Part shown: piece by piece, positions 1-12,450 of the stretch
How positions within the stretch are numbered: the stretch's first letter is position 1
Layout of the letters: every line of letters starts with the position of its first letter
Source: Podarcis cretensis
Taxonomy: Eukaryota
DNA: 64,000 nucleotides
Direction of reading: 5' to 3'
Assembly: GCA_951804945.1 (NCBI GenBank)
Contig: OX638154.1
Span: forward strand, 32,364,001 to 32,428,000
Program-made: the position numbers and the translations under genes
Notes under the pieces: generated by a model
The model's database searches: none
What the model saw: the letters and a program-made list of their open reading frames with translations, nothing else
What the model was told of the DNA's origin: nothing

Positions 1-291
1 AGGTTTAAAATAAACTTGTAAGCTTCAAAGTTAGTAAACTTTAAACCATGGGTAATGACACTGGCTTTAACTAATCAGAGTTTGTTATTAAACTGTGCTG
101 TCTGGAAATTAAACACAGCAGAAGTCTTCCCAAACCTTGTGGAAGTGGGAAGGGATAACTGTAAAGCTAGTAACTTTGATTGGGCTCATTCTGGTTTGTA
201 CTTGTAGCACAAAACAATTTTTCATAATTTTAGTATCCTAGTTAAATGTAGAGCCTCTAGCACAAGATAGATTAATGGCTTTCTATTCCAG

Positions 292-3200
292 GTACTGGCT
301 TGCAAATTCCTCCAGCTGCACAGCAAGCTCTGCAGATGAGTGGATCATTAGCATTTAGCGCTGTAGCAGGTAATTTTTTTTTTCTAAATACTGTATTCTG
401 GAAGTTATTCTTAAGGAAGATAACTTACTCACCTGTTGATTATGATATGTTAGCTGATTTGCACAACCACAGCAATTTTCTGTATCACTTTATTTAATTT
501 ATTTCAGTTATATACCACTTAGTCACAGAAATTGCTAAGCGGGGTACAAACAGATTACAAAAGTAACAGTGAATAAAATTTTATGCAGGAAATAAAATTA
601 ATCATAAAAACAGAATGTATTTAAATGCTTGCTGAAATAGAAAGGTTTTCAGGCACCTGAAGTTCAACTATCAGAGGGCCCTGTATAATATCAGTTGTGA
701 GGGAGTTCTACAGAATCAGGCCCACAGTACTGAATGTGCAGCTCCAGGGGGATATGAACTGCGTGTCTGAGCCATGGGAGACCACTAAAACAGATTACTC
801 TGAAGATTTCAGAGATCAAGCAGGGATATAAGGTATCCTGGGCTCAGAATGTTAAGAGCTTTGTAAATTATACAAGAACCTTGAACTTGGCCTAGTAACA
901 TGGACAGCCAGTGTGAGCTTTGAAGTGCCAGATTTATGTGCTGATGATAATCTGTCCCTACTAGCATTCTAGCCACAGGATTTAGCACCTGCTGGAGCTT
1001 CTAGACTGATGATAATAATAATAATAATAATTTATTTATACATACATACATACCCTGCCCAATTATAGCCCCACATAGAGCACATTGTAGTAGTGAGTTT
1101 TGAGGCTACTAGTGATTAGGCTATCCCTGTCCAAGAACAGCCATAGTTGATAACCATAACCTGTAAAAGGCACTCCTAGTCACTGAGTCTACCTGAGCCT
1201 AAAGTGACAGAGAACCCCTGAATTATGAACCTGTTCTTTCAGAGAGAGTACATATAATCGTGTCCAGAATAGGCAGGATATACAGGACACATTTCGCATA
1301 ACCAGTCTTGAATTGCTTGTGAAATTTTCATATGACCTCTTTCTTTTATTGCTTCTTGTCTGCTAGCTTATGCAATACACAGTGACAAATTTTCTTAGAG
1401 GAATGGTTGGTACTCTTCAGAGCATTAAGGGGTGTGAGAGAGAAATTTGCATTCCAAATATTATATTGAAATGTTCTCTGCAATATTTTTCTTTAGATTT
1501 ACAGACACGACTTTCACAGCAGAGTGAAGGTGAGACTGATTTTGAATAGAGTTGTGTATTGCTAGAAAGACAGGCATTTACAATTCCACCTGCCTGAGAG
1601 CAAGGACAGGTGCTCCTTACTACTTGCGAGAGGAACTCTCAGAAGCTTTAGACAGTTCCCAACAGTTTGGATAAGAAAAGATACAGCATGAATTTATCCT
1701 GTTTCTTTCCCTGTCCAAGCCTTGGACACAGGAGAAAACTTCCACTGCATTCAGCCTATCATACTTGGTTACAGAACTTGGTAGCAAGGAGAAATGGATG
1801 CTCACCTAGTTAAGATAAGGTGATATTAGTGGATCCAGTATGAAGATGACATTTGAGCTGTTGTCTTTTGTTAAAGTAAATAATAAAGCACTGGGTCAGA
1901 TAGAAAAGGTTTATTTCTATTTTCCAGTTCCTCTTCTAAAAGAATTTCATTTTTCAACAATTCTGGTGTGGACGTGCTGACACTCAAAAACCTATACATA
2001 CAATATTGGGATTTTGGGTGTAGTCTTATTGTTCTCAGGCAGTCCACTCAGTTGTACTCTACTTGCTCCAGGGCCATTTCTGAGTTGGATCTTAATTTTG
2101 TAAAGCATAGGCTCTTTTGATCTAAGGACATTTATGCAAACTTATTTGTCTGGTGCAAGATGAAGGAAGAAATAAACAGTTGACAGTCTCCCTAGTTAAA
2201 GGAGCCACATGTTGTTTTATTGGAGCCCCTTTGACACACACACCCCGGGCATTATTTACGACTTTAGTAAAGCAAAATGTATGTGCAATATTCAAATAAC
2301 AAGCCCTGCCAATAGAAGCCTTTGCAAGAACTTATCCTTCTCCTAAACTGGTTGAGGGGCAGGGAACACCCTGGAAACAGTGCACAGGGGGAGAAAAAGA
2401 GAGATCATTGCATTAGAAATTCCAACAGAGCAATCTGCTTAGCACAATGTTGAATTCCTCCCTATATGTTTCAGACAGTATCTTGTCCTCAGAAACGGGG
2501 ATGGGAGTAGGCCTATTGAAGTTAATAAGGCATGTTAAAATTAGGTTCATTAACTTTGGCACCTCTGCTCTAAGTAGGACTTAGTTTATTACAACCCGTG
2601 AATTCAGATCGCTGTTCAAGTTACTTGGTGCTTCTTGACAGGGACATAATGCAGTCAGTTTACTTGTTAGCACAGTGCTCAACAAATTGAATGCAAAATA
2701 TATCTCCTGACCTCCTTGCCCATATTAAAGCCTTTGAACTAGAACTCCAGTTTTTAAAAATTTGAATGTGAAAGACTGCTTATTAGGAACTGTATTCTTG
2801 CAACAGAATCATATTTTGTAAACCTTGGTTTTCTATTTTGTAACGTCGTATTATGATAAATTTTCAATAGAGTTTGCCCTGATACTTTTAAAGTCTTAGT
2901 TGTAATCTGAGGGTGGAATTTGGCATTGTGATATTACAAACGTTCTGCCTGTGCAAGTGTATCAGCTCTCACAGGCATGCCTCTCACAGCCAATTGCGGG
3001 GGGGGGGGGAGAAATGAAGAAAGTCTGTTACGCACAGGGCTTCTGCTGACAGGGCTTTTAGGTGTATCCCACCCTGAATTTTGTGCTTCTTAAAATAAGG
3101 AGAAACTTACTCTACACTTTCCTCTCCAGTGTTGGCTGCAGCTGCTTCTGTACAACCACTTGCAACACAGTGCTTCCAGCTCTCCAATATGTTTAATCCT

Positions 3201-6200
3201 CAAACGTAAGTTAATCTCTCTCTCTCTCTCTCTTTTTGTAAAATCTATTTTATTTCTCTATTTTCAGTATACATATGAAGAATAATTAATTAATTTGTGT
3301 ATTGTCTTACTCTTCAGTGAAGAAGATGCTGGCTGGGATACAGAAATTAAGGATGATGTGATTGAGGAGTGTAACAAACATGGAGGCGTTGTCCATATTT
3401 ATGTAGACAAAAATTCAGCTCAGGTTTGTTGATTAAATCAGTACCCAAAGGTGGTAACTTCTATCTGTTCCTATACTTCTACAAGATGTGGCTATACACC
3501 ACTGTACTACTAATAGTATGGGCAAGTACTTTGGGAGCATTTTATGTTCTGCAAACAGACCAGACTAAAGTATTCTCTGTGTGATGCCAGAAAACTCTGT
3601 TACTCAGTTGTCAGTGAACAAAATGTCTATACAGTGGTACCTCAGATTAAGTACTTAATTCGTTCCGGAGGTCCAGAGCACAATTTCTGTTCTCATCCTG
3701 AAGCAAAGTTCTTAACCCAAGGTACTATTTCTGGGTTAGCGGAGTCTGTAACCTGAAGCGTATGTAACCTGAAGCATATGTAACCCGAGGTACCACTGTA
3801 CAGACATTGATTCAATTACTATTTACATCATTGCAAGCTTAAAATACATGCTTATGAATCCTGAATCACTGGCTGCAAAGAATATAGGTTCAGTAAGTAC
3901 TGCATGGACACAGTGATTCAGTTTTACTAGCAAACCGGAGGTTAGACTAACCCCTTTCCAACCCTGGGAGGAGCGTGGGGAGTGTTCATGTGACACACCA
4001 CACCACAGCTAACACACTAACATGTCATGACACAGTTTGGAAAGCTCTGCCATAGACCATCTCAGTTAAAGGAAAAAAGATGACACTTTGAAACCTAAAT
4101 GAGAATTGCATGCACCTAAAACTTTGACGCAGGTGGCGCTGTGGGTTAAAGCCTCAGCGCCTAGGACTTGCCGATTGAAAGGTCGGCGGTTTGAATCCCT
4201 GCGGCAGGGTGCACTCCCGCTGCTCGGTCCCAGTGCCTGCCAACCTAGCAGTTCGAAAGCACCTCCGGGTGCAAGTAGATAAATAGGGACCGCTTACCAG
4301 CGGGAAGGTAAACGGCGTTTCCGTGTGCGGCTCTGGCTCGCCAGATGCAGCTTTGTCACGCTGGCCACGTGACCCGGAAGTGTCTCCGGACAGCGCTGGC
4401 CCCTGGCCTCTTAAGTGAGATGGGCGCACAACCCCAGAGTCTGTCAAGACTGGCCCGTACGGGCAGGGGCACCTTTACCTTTACCTTTACAACTTTGATG
4501 GGGAACCTGTAGTACTCCAGATGTTGTTGAACTCCCAACCTACCTCAGCCAACATGGCTAGTGGTCAGAGATGATGGGAATTGTAGTCCAGAAACAACTG
4601 AAATACCACAGATTCCCCATCTCTGCCCTACAAAATCATGTAGGAGTGCTCCTTAATCTAGTTCTGCTTTCAGATGCTCAGGTGGCTATGTGCTCACCTT
4701 TGACTGATATGCCAGATACAACTGTTCCTGATGAAACTGGGCCATGCCACAGTCTTTCAAGCCTTCATTACCTCATGCTTTTTGTGGCACTGCCCTTTAA
4801 TAGCTTTTGGAAACTTCAGTTGGTACAAAATGCTACCATCAGACCTTTGTATCAGGTTAAACATTCAGAACAAATTGCTTTTTTTTCTTTTTTTTTATTA
4901 CTTGCATGATGTACTTTAGCATAAGCTGCCTTGAATTAACTTTGTGCAGAAAAGGCAGGATATAAGTATATTAAATTCATTTGATGGATTAAAATATTTA
5001 TTCACATTTAATCTGTAGTTTTGTTCCAGCAACTTGAATTGTTGATTTCTGTTGATCTGCAAGTGAACGGTTCTGTTAAATGCAGTAAATGTTGTTTGTA
5101 TTTCAGGGTAATGTGTATGTCAAATGCCCTTCAATAGCTGCAGCAATTGCAGCTGTCAATGCATTACATGGAAGGTGGTTTGCAGGTATGTGAACTGAAG
5201 TTGTTTATTACTACTATTATTAGAATTAGAATTTATATACCGCCCTATTACCCTCAGGTAATATTTGCCTTGTTGCTGTCTAACAGGTAATAGGTTTAGA
5301 TAAGCAGCTGGGACTTTGAGAAATAAATAGTTAGGGGAGTTGTTTCTTAGAACACCACCTATAAAACTAGGTAATCACAAATACTTGGGGGAAGTGGTAT
5401 CAGTTTGCAGGCTTCCACTGAGAACGACAGCATCTCTACCATACTTCTTACAAATTTATCTTCAGAGCTAGTAAGCCACTGCCCTTAGAACACATGTTGA
5501 TTTGGGCTGCTTAAATAAGTTCTAATACTTTTAATTGTCTAGATTGATGAATTTCCGTTGAACTCAGATGGGATTGACATTTTTGGGAAGAAGGTTATTT
5601 CTTCCCACTTGGGCAATTGCTGGGTGATATATATAACCCTTCCACCTGTTTTCAGTTTGCCATCCCTTACCCAGGATACTTTCCCAACAATTATATTACA
5701 AGAGTATCAAGAGTTCCATTTAAGTTTAATGTAGCCTTTGATGCCCCATCCTTCTTTGCCAGATTTTTGCACGTTACAGCAGTGGTTTTCAACCAGTGTG
5801 CTGTGTCACCCTGGGGTGCCTTGAATGATGGTCAGGGGTGCCACGGGCAACACTGGCCCCTGTCCGTCTTTCTTTCCCTCCCCCTTCTGATGCCTTCTTG
5901 CGTCTCTGCCTCTCAAAAGGCTTGCACAGCTGTTAGTTGTAGCAGACCCGACTACAAGCTCCCCGGTTTCTCTGGGGCTGGCCAGGGGGTGCTTCCCAGG
6001 CCCCTGTAAGGCAGTGTAAGGAGGCACCTTTCCCTGCAGCACCTGACCATCATTCAAGGCCCCCCCCCCCCCCCCCGGGTGCCACGGCACACTGGTTGAA
6101 AACCCCTGCCTTACTCAGTGATATTTTACTGTTAACTTAGTGTAACCTTAATGTTTTTTTCATTGGACTGATTAACAAGTTCTAATTCTGGAAAGTATTG

Positions 6201-6524
6201 CTCTTGTTGGACAGATGATTTTTATGGTTTTTTCTTCTTTTTGTTGTTGAAAACCTCCCTGAGCATTGCAGATGCATTGTGAGGATAGAAGTTTACTAAA
6301 ACAATAGTCCTTGGAGGTCTTGTAATGAACTTCATAGGCATTGCACCTTTCTCATTTTGTTCATTCTTGTTTAAAAAGTAAGCAAGAATTTTAAGCAGTT
6401 TTTCCCTCTCTCGTTTCTTTTAGGTAAAATGATCACAGCAGCGTACGTACCACTTCCAACATACCACAACCTTTTCCCTGATTCTATGAATGCAACCCAG
6501 CTCTTGGTTCCTGCTCGGCGATGA
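292..6524 (+). CDS. RBM39: RNA-binding protein 39 (CAPERalpha), 3' part; last six coding exons encoding the C-terminal UHM/RRM3 domain; 5' exons lie outside the window
   Basis: Exons 292-369, 1497-1529, 3130-3205, 3318-3423, 5107-5185 and 6424-6524 are all AG/GT bounded with consistent phases. They splice to GTGLQIPPAAQQALQMSGSLAFSAVADLQTRLSQQSEVLAAAASVQPLATQCFQLSNMFNPQTEEDAGWDTEIKDDVIEECNKHGGVVHIYVDKNSAQGNVYVKCPSIAAAIAAVNALHGRWFAGKMITAAYVPLPTYHNLFPDSMNATQLLVPARR*, the recognisable RBM39 C-terminus. TGA at 6522-6524. Confidence 0.98.
490..1290 (-). mobile_element. Degraded L2-clade LINE 3' fragment, interrupted by (AAT)n at ~1013-1030
   Basis: Minus strand gives remnants KLQQVLNPVARML, HWLS, FKVLV and YKALNILSPGYL plus an L2-type tail; boundaries approximate. 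Confidence 0.75.
3632..3798. mobile_element. Tc1/mariner (Tigger-like) MITE
   Basis: TIR CAGTGGTACCTC...GAGGTACCACTG with TA on both sides; internal repeats TGTAACCTGAAGC. Confidence 0.9.
4126..4490 (+). mobile_element. Sauria SINE, near full length
   Basis: tRNA-like head (GGTGGCGCTGTGGG, GGTTTGAATCC), (ACCTTT)3 tail, flanking direct repeat AACTTTGA at 4120-4127 and 4491-4498. Confidence 0.92.
4499..4625. mobile_element. Palindromic hAT-type MITE, degraded
   Basis: GGGAACCTGT..CCAGATGTTG..GATGATGGGAATTGTAGTCC..ACAGATTCCCC; same family as the copies at 19267, 24800 and 51773. Confidence 0.75.
4700..4980 (+). mobile_element. Short L2-clade LINE remnant
   Basis: WKLQLVQNA motif in ORF 4571-4909 and an L2-like tail near 4920-4975. 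Confidence 0.6.
5780..6108. mobile_element. hAT-type non-autonomous DNA transposon with long terminal inverted repeats
   Basis: CAGTGGTTTTCAACCAGTGTGC...CCTTGAATGATGGTCAGG is mirrored by CCTGACCATCATTCAAGG...GCACACTGGTTGAAAACCCCTG; 8-bp flanks cgttacag/ccttactc match only partly. Confidence 0.85.
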
Positions 6525-7385
6525 AGATGGATTTAGTCAGTTTTGTACATAGCTATTTTTGAAGGAAGACTTGAGTTACCTTTTTAATTAGAAGACAAAA
6601 GGAAAGGCTGTAAAGTCCTTTTGTGTACATTTCCTGTTACTTTTAAACGAAAAACAAAAAATAGAGTAAGCAGGAATGCTGTGTGTTCATTCTCTTGATT
6701 AGCATTCCCACTGTATACAAAGCTGACTACTTGTTCTGCCTTGTAATTCTTGTACATTTAGAACATTTGGCTAAAGTGATCTGTAGGAACAGATGTAGCT
6801 CATAGAAAAGATTTTTCTGTAAAAGGTGGACAGGACATAAATTTTAATGTTTCACAAGCCTTTTCTTTTAATGCAGGTATTACATTTTACATTCACCTAA
6901 ATGTAGATGCTCTGCTAAAGGTTAATATCAGATTTAACTGGACATATTTAGTGTGTTTTGTATGGATCAAAAATTTGAGAGGCTACTGAGTGATTTCTTT
7001 GGCCAGCTGTTCTGCTCACTTAATGTTGACCAGTTGGCAAAATTTGGAGGATTATAGAAGATTTTATTTCTAGATGGTAACTTTTGATTGTCTCTGTAAA
7101 AGTTTCTTGTAAATAAGGTGTAAGGTGTGTTTAGAATTCCAAACAAAGCTATCTCTGCATTTCCAGATTAAAGTTCCATTGATTGCAGGGAATGTATCTA
7201 AGTTTGAAAGTTGAAGTAGGAAATGCAGGAATATATTTTGTCTGGTTGCATATAATCTGCTCTTTTTTAAGCTCTGTGAGCTCTGAAATATATTTTTGGG
7301 TTACTTCAATGTGTTTGACAAAACAGCTTGATATTTCTATCAACAAATGACTTTCATATTGCAATGATCTTTGTAAGAACCACTC

Positions 7386-7391
7386 AATAAA
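7386..7391 (+). terminator. RBM39: Probable RBM39 polyadenylation signal (3' UTR ~6525-7410)
   Basis: AATAAA about 860 nt after the stop codon, ending an AT-rich stretch without obvious repeats. Confidence 0.7.
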
Positions 7392-8855
7392 ATTCTCCTA
7401 AAGGCCTCCAAAAGCATTATTTTTGAGAACTCAAATTAGGTGTAACCAGAAAAATGCAAATTGTGAATAGTTAAAATGCTGGAAAATCAGCAACAGTTTG
7501 AGCTTCTCTTTCCCTCCCTCCCTCTGTTCACCTTAGTGCACTCAGTTTTTCCTTACACACATCCACCAGAATTTCTTAGTTTAAAAACCAAGCTACATTT
7601 GTCACGGTGTAGAGGAGGGGTCCCTAACCACCTTGGGCCTACAGGCACATTTGGCATTTCAGGAGTGTTTGCATGACCACAGATTGACTGCTGCTGTTAC
7701 TAAATGTTGGAAGCATACGCAGCTATCATCTTCTCTTGCCCAAATGAGACATGGGACAGACAAAGTTCACCAATGGAGGGGGAAAACCTAGTGAGGCCTG
7801 CCTATTAGTTGGAGCAGTGTACTACTCTGCTCAGCACAAGTAGTGCAGAAGCAAGTCCATACCCAGTGTTGTATCATCTCTTACTCCTCACAATGACTTT
7901 GATGGCCTTTTCTTCTGGACTACTCTATAATGTCTATGTGGATGGCAAAGGTTGCCAGTTGGGTACTTATAACTCCCGTATGTCAATTCCAGTGAACACA
8001 AAAAAAATCGAACTTAGGTTCACCTCTGCCGCTAACAGCCATTCAGCTGTTAAAGCTCAAATTGCAACATAGGTTATTTAGGTGATACAGTATCCTATCT
8101 GTAAAGTGTGTGGCCCTTGACAACTGATGGAAAGCATTTTTAAACTAAACATTTTTAAACTAAAAGTTTTGTTAATTTGGTTATATGTCGAGAAGGCTAT
8201 GCTCAGACAAATTTGAAACTAAATGAGAAACTCTAAAAATGAATTATTTTATAAGTGACACCATTCAGTTGGGTGGCACCCTATATAACTAACTATGCCT
8301 ATTAAGTGAAAATAGTTAATCTGGTGAATATGCCAAATCAATTCACAACATACCCAAACAAGTTCTCATTTTCTTGTGTTATTTAATTATCCCCTTCTCT
8401 CAAAGGCATAAGAGGGCCTGAGCTCCCCTTCTATAATAGTAGTGATCCAATCCTACAGTAGGAAGTTCTTGTTATCACCAAGTGGAAAGCTATGGACTTC
8501 TTTAAATATGCAATGAAAATTACTTTTACTCTCCCAGAATAAGTGCAACTTAAACATGAAACTGTTATTAGGCTTACACTGCAAACACTTGGTACCAACT
8601 TCTTTTGATTATCCATGCAACGATTCAAATTAATCCTGTCACATACACGCTTTCGTCCAATTTTATTCCACCTCCATAAACTTGGGATTTTTGCAAAAAT
8701 TCAAGCCTCCCTGGTTTCATTTACAAAATCACAGACAGAAGATTCCTTTGATAAACAATGGCTGATCTTGTAATAAACTAATCATACCCACGCAGGAAAC
8801 ACTTGATACCAATTAAAAAGCATCTTCTAATAGGTATGATTCCTATAATTGATCA

Positions 8856-8861
8856 TTTATT
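8856..8861 (-). terminator. ROMO1: Candidate ROMO1 polyadenylation signal (second candidate at 8662-8667)
   Basis: TTTATT on + is AATAAA on -, about 235 nt after the stop codon. Confidence 0.55.
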
Positions 8862-9093
8862 TGAGGTCACATCCATAGAGATTCACTGTATACAGAGATT
8901 CCATTACTTCTAAATCTCCACTGCCTTTGCCACTTTTGTTACGGAGAAAAAGATTTACAAACCCTTGCCAAAGCAATAAAGGCCGAAACTTATTTTGATG
9001 GATTATTCAATCCTGGTGCAGAGATTTTTATTCTACTACATAGCAGAACTTCCAACTTGCAGGGGCATTGGTCTTCGTGATAGAAAAGTAACA

Positions 9094-10140
9094 TTAACAG
9101 CGGATTCCCATGCCAATTGCCATAAATGTCCCAAAAGTTCCACCACTCTGCATCATGGTTTTGCCAACACCACCCATCAGTTCTCGCCCTCTCATGCCAA
9201 ACCTAAAAGAGAAGAAACAATGACAGAGGTGGTTACTTCCCACAATAATCACGGGAAAATAATTTTGTATCTGATTACTGGGAAATGCAATCAACGTAAA
9301 AAAACTTCACTAATTTTGAGTGGGTACTTTGGAGTGACCTATACAGCAAATTAGCTCATAGTAAGCACTGGGTGGTCTGCCAGCCAGTGCAACTTAACAA
9401 ACAGAAGCACTTCCCATAAACTAAACTAATTCAAAGAGAAGAGGTTAATGATAGGTCATTTGAAAACACATCTTTTAAGATTTAGTATTAATCCCAAACC
9501 CCATCCTTTACTTTGCTAGTACATATACACCAACACAGTTTAAGAGTACAAAGTTTTAGTACTAATTATTCTCCAGCTGAAGTAATTTCTACTATAGATT
9601 TTATCTAAAGCTTTATACTCATGAATGTGTCTTGCTCTCAGAAATGTACAGGATTGCAGTCATGGTCTGTTATCTGGCAACAATCCGCAGAATAGATGGG
9701 GGAAGTAAGCATAAAAGATTGTTAAGTACAGGTGGTGGCCATTTGGGGCACGTCCAATTAACATGCAATCGCTGACACATGGGTCCTTATGGACTTGGAA
9801 GAGTGCAGACCATGGCCGTAATGAGGGCGGGACACACTTATATCTGCATCTCTGACTCATGCTGGGCTGGAAATTGAATCCCTGCTCAAAATGGTTACCC
9901 CTTGTGATATGATCATATTGCATTATTTTGCTCTGTTCCTAAGCCAGGAAAGGTAACGAAGAAGATTCTTCTTAGGATTTATGTTGCATTCAACTACATT
10001 CCAACATACCTGAGACAAGAAAATGTGCCGAACAGTGCACCTGCTGCCATACCAACAGCAAAGCCCATCATGAAGCCCATTTTCACTCTGTCAAAGCAAC
10101 TGGGTTGGGATTGGCCATATGGCCCCACTGTCACAGGCAT
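9094..10140 (-). CDS. ROMO1: Reactive oxygen species modulator 1 (Mgr2 family, mitochondrial inner membrane), 79 aa, two coding exons
   Basis: Minus-strand exons 10140-10010 (131 nt, AG|ATG start, AG|gtatgt donor) and 9202-9094 (109 nt, TAA) total 240 nt: [79 protein letters not shown]. Confidence 0.98.
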
Positions 10141-11299
10141 CTAAAAATATAAAAGAATACTTAAAGAATATCTATCGCTTCCATGCGGAAGATAATCCAC
10201 ATCACCAGTGTGGATGGACCACTCCAAATGTGAAAGTGTGATCAATGTACATGACTGTTATGAATATCAAAGGTGAAAAAGAAGTCCCTGCACCAAGAAA
10301 TTTTCAACAGCACCATAAGAATTCATAATTTGATTTGCTTCATCCAAAATAAAACTTGCTACAAATGTCTCTTTTTATGGAAGTTGTAGTTATGGGGGAA
10401 TGTGGTTCTATTTAGACCACAAAGATTTTCTCAAAATGCCCCAGGTAGGCAAATGAGTTAAACATGCAGTAATCACTACCTGTGTGAAGATACGGTAATT
10501 AGTTTCCTGCACTAATCCTAGTACTGTATTATTCTGTCACATTTTCTTTGGGATTGCCAATCAACTGTGTGATAGAAATGTACAAATGATGAATGTGAGT
10601 CAGTTAAGGACTAGGCTGAAAAGCACTTTGAACTCAACATTATTATTTTTTTAAAAAAAGGTTTAATTTCATTTTGCTAAATTTAACTGTTACAAATCAA
10701 CTTCATTGAATGAACAGCAACTTAGAAATGAACTATAAACTTTGAGATTTTAAGCTATTTCCATTTACTACCCTGTCTGGTCTCTTAAGAAATACTTAGA
10801 CAAAGTTCTACTTTGCAACTGTTTAAATTATTAAATGTTTAAATTAAGGAGCAATACTTTCCCACTATGTAACACTTGTAGTAGTTTAGCAAGCAGAAGT
10901 TCAAACACACAAGTTGCCAAACAATCCCAAACCAAAAGGGCCTGACAACAGGGCAAATATATTGTTAACATTAGCTTGAAGGATCTATATCCCCACTGAA
11001 TCTTCCAGGGAGTTCAGCTGCCTTAGCCATTATTTGTAATGTGGTGCAATCTAGACCTTGAACTCGCAGACGCTTACGTAATGCTTTTTATATTTAAAAA
11101 ACAACACACCAAAAAGCCAGCAGCATAGCCATTCTAATTTAAAGATTAAAATCCCTATATTCTTGCTTATCTCTTGTGCGAGTATCAGCAATTTCCTCCA
11201 ATACGGAGAAACGGACCAGTTTCTGGAAAGAGGAATAATTCACAAAAGACTGACAGATCTTTGTTGGGGATGTGCGGGGGAGGGGGCGCAATAAGATGG

Positions 11300-12450
11300 G
11301 CTCCAGAATAACACCCGCGACTTTATAATTTTTAGCTTACGTGACAACGAACAGGTTTTTAAATATCGTGCGTTTAAGGGCCCGCGTTATCTTTCTGTCC
11401 CACTTGCTTATTGAGTTTCTCAATAAGCCGCGAAGGCCAACGACGCGGGGAAAGGCTCGGGAGACGAGAACGACGCAAACGGCGGCATCGCTATGGCAAC
11501 CGAAAGAGACCCCACCCCACCCCCACCCGGATACCCAACGTCAGAAAGCCCCCCCTGGACCACCTCGCTCTCTGGGCCCGCCTGCAAACAGCCTTTTCCC
11601 TGCTTCTTCCCTCGTCCCCCCTCACCTCGACCACTCCGCGCTTCGTTCCACCCGAGTTTCCCTCAGCGCGGCCTGCACTTCCGTCGCACTCCGATTACGT
11701 CGCAGGAAACGGCTCTCCCGGGGGGAGGCGAAGAGGCGAGCGTCGTTGCTGTGGGTGCCTGTCGGCTGGGCGAAGGACGGGAGGCGGAGGGACGATGATG
11801 GCGGTGCGGCCGGCGACATGGCGGGCTCTGAGAGGACTGCTAGCCGGCCAAAGGAGGCGGCTTTCAGGGGCTCCGCAGCAGCAAGGTAACGGCGCTCTGT
11901 CCTTTGCAATCCCGCCAGAAGGGCGAGCGAGCCTGGCGGGACGCCCGGCGGATCGCGAGTTTCAGCAGAAGCAGCTGGTAGGCGGCTCCCTTCCGCGGCT
12001 GCGATGGCATCTGCCTCCTGGGCAATGTTATGTTTTCCGCTGCTGCGGGCTTGGGAAGCTCGCGCAGGGGGAAAAAACCAAACACGAGTGAGAGTCGCCT
12101 GGTCCCTTCTTCCCTAAGGCAGCTTGCTCAGTATTTCATTTTTTTCCTGTTGAGGGCTTACTCTCTGAAGTGGGTTTGCTGTCATCTGGAAACAACCTTG
12201 GCTGAATGTGAAAGTAGTAGAGGATCGGGGCCGTAGAGCCGCAAGATCCGACGGGGTAGAGCCGCCGCAGCGACGCTACCGATGCCAAGAGCTCAAGCGC
12301 AGAAAGAGAACGTGTAAATAAATAGCTACGCCTCCCGGTGTTGTGGTGGTCCGTCCAACTTTCTCTCCCGTCAGCTGCAGCAAACGGCATTGCGATTGAG
12401 TCCTACTGTCGCAGCCCAAGGGATCGTTGAGATGACGGGGGTGGGATTAC
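11300..12450. promoter_or_regulatory. CpG island and bidirectional ROMO1/NFS1 promoter
   Basis: Sharp rise in GC and CpG content. ETS/GABPA-type CACTTCCG at 11676-11683 and CRE-like TTACGTC at 11695-11701 lie between the ROMO1 exon-1 donor (11626) and the NFS1 ATG (11795). Confidence 0.9.
11626..11700 (-). other. ROMO1: Probable non-coding first exon of ROMO1 (5' end approximate)
   Basis: The ROMO1 ATG sits directly after an acceptor AG, so an upstream exon is required. A strong minus-strand donor GAG|gtgagg lies at 11626/11625 inside the CpG island. Confidence 0.7.

Noticed and set aside
8995-9354. 119-aa plus-strand ORF
   Set aside because: Antisense shadow of the last ROMO1 exon; TTG start and no recognisable protein
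11341-12390. Several long overlapping ORFs (182 aa, 226 aa and others)
   Set aside because: Stop-poor GC-rich island; only 11795-11885 of the 226-aa frame is real (NFS1 exon 1)
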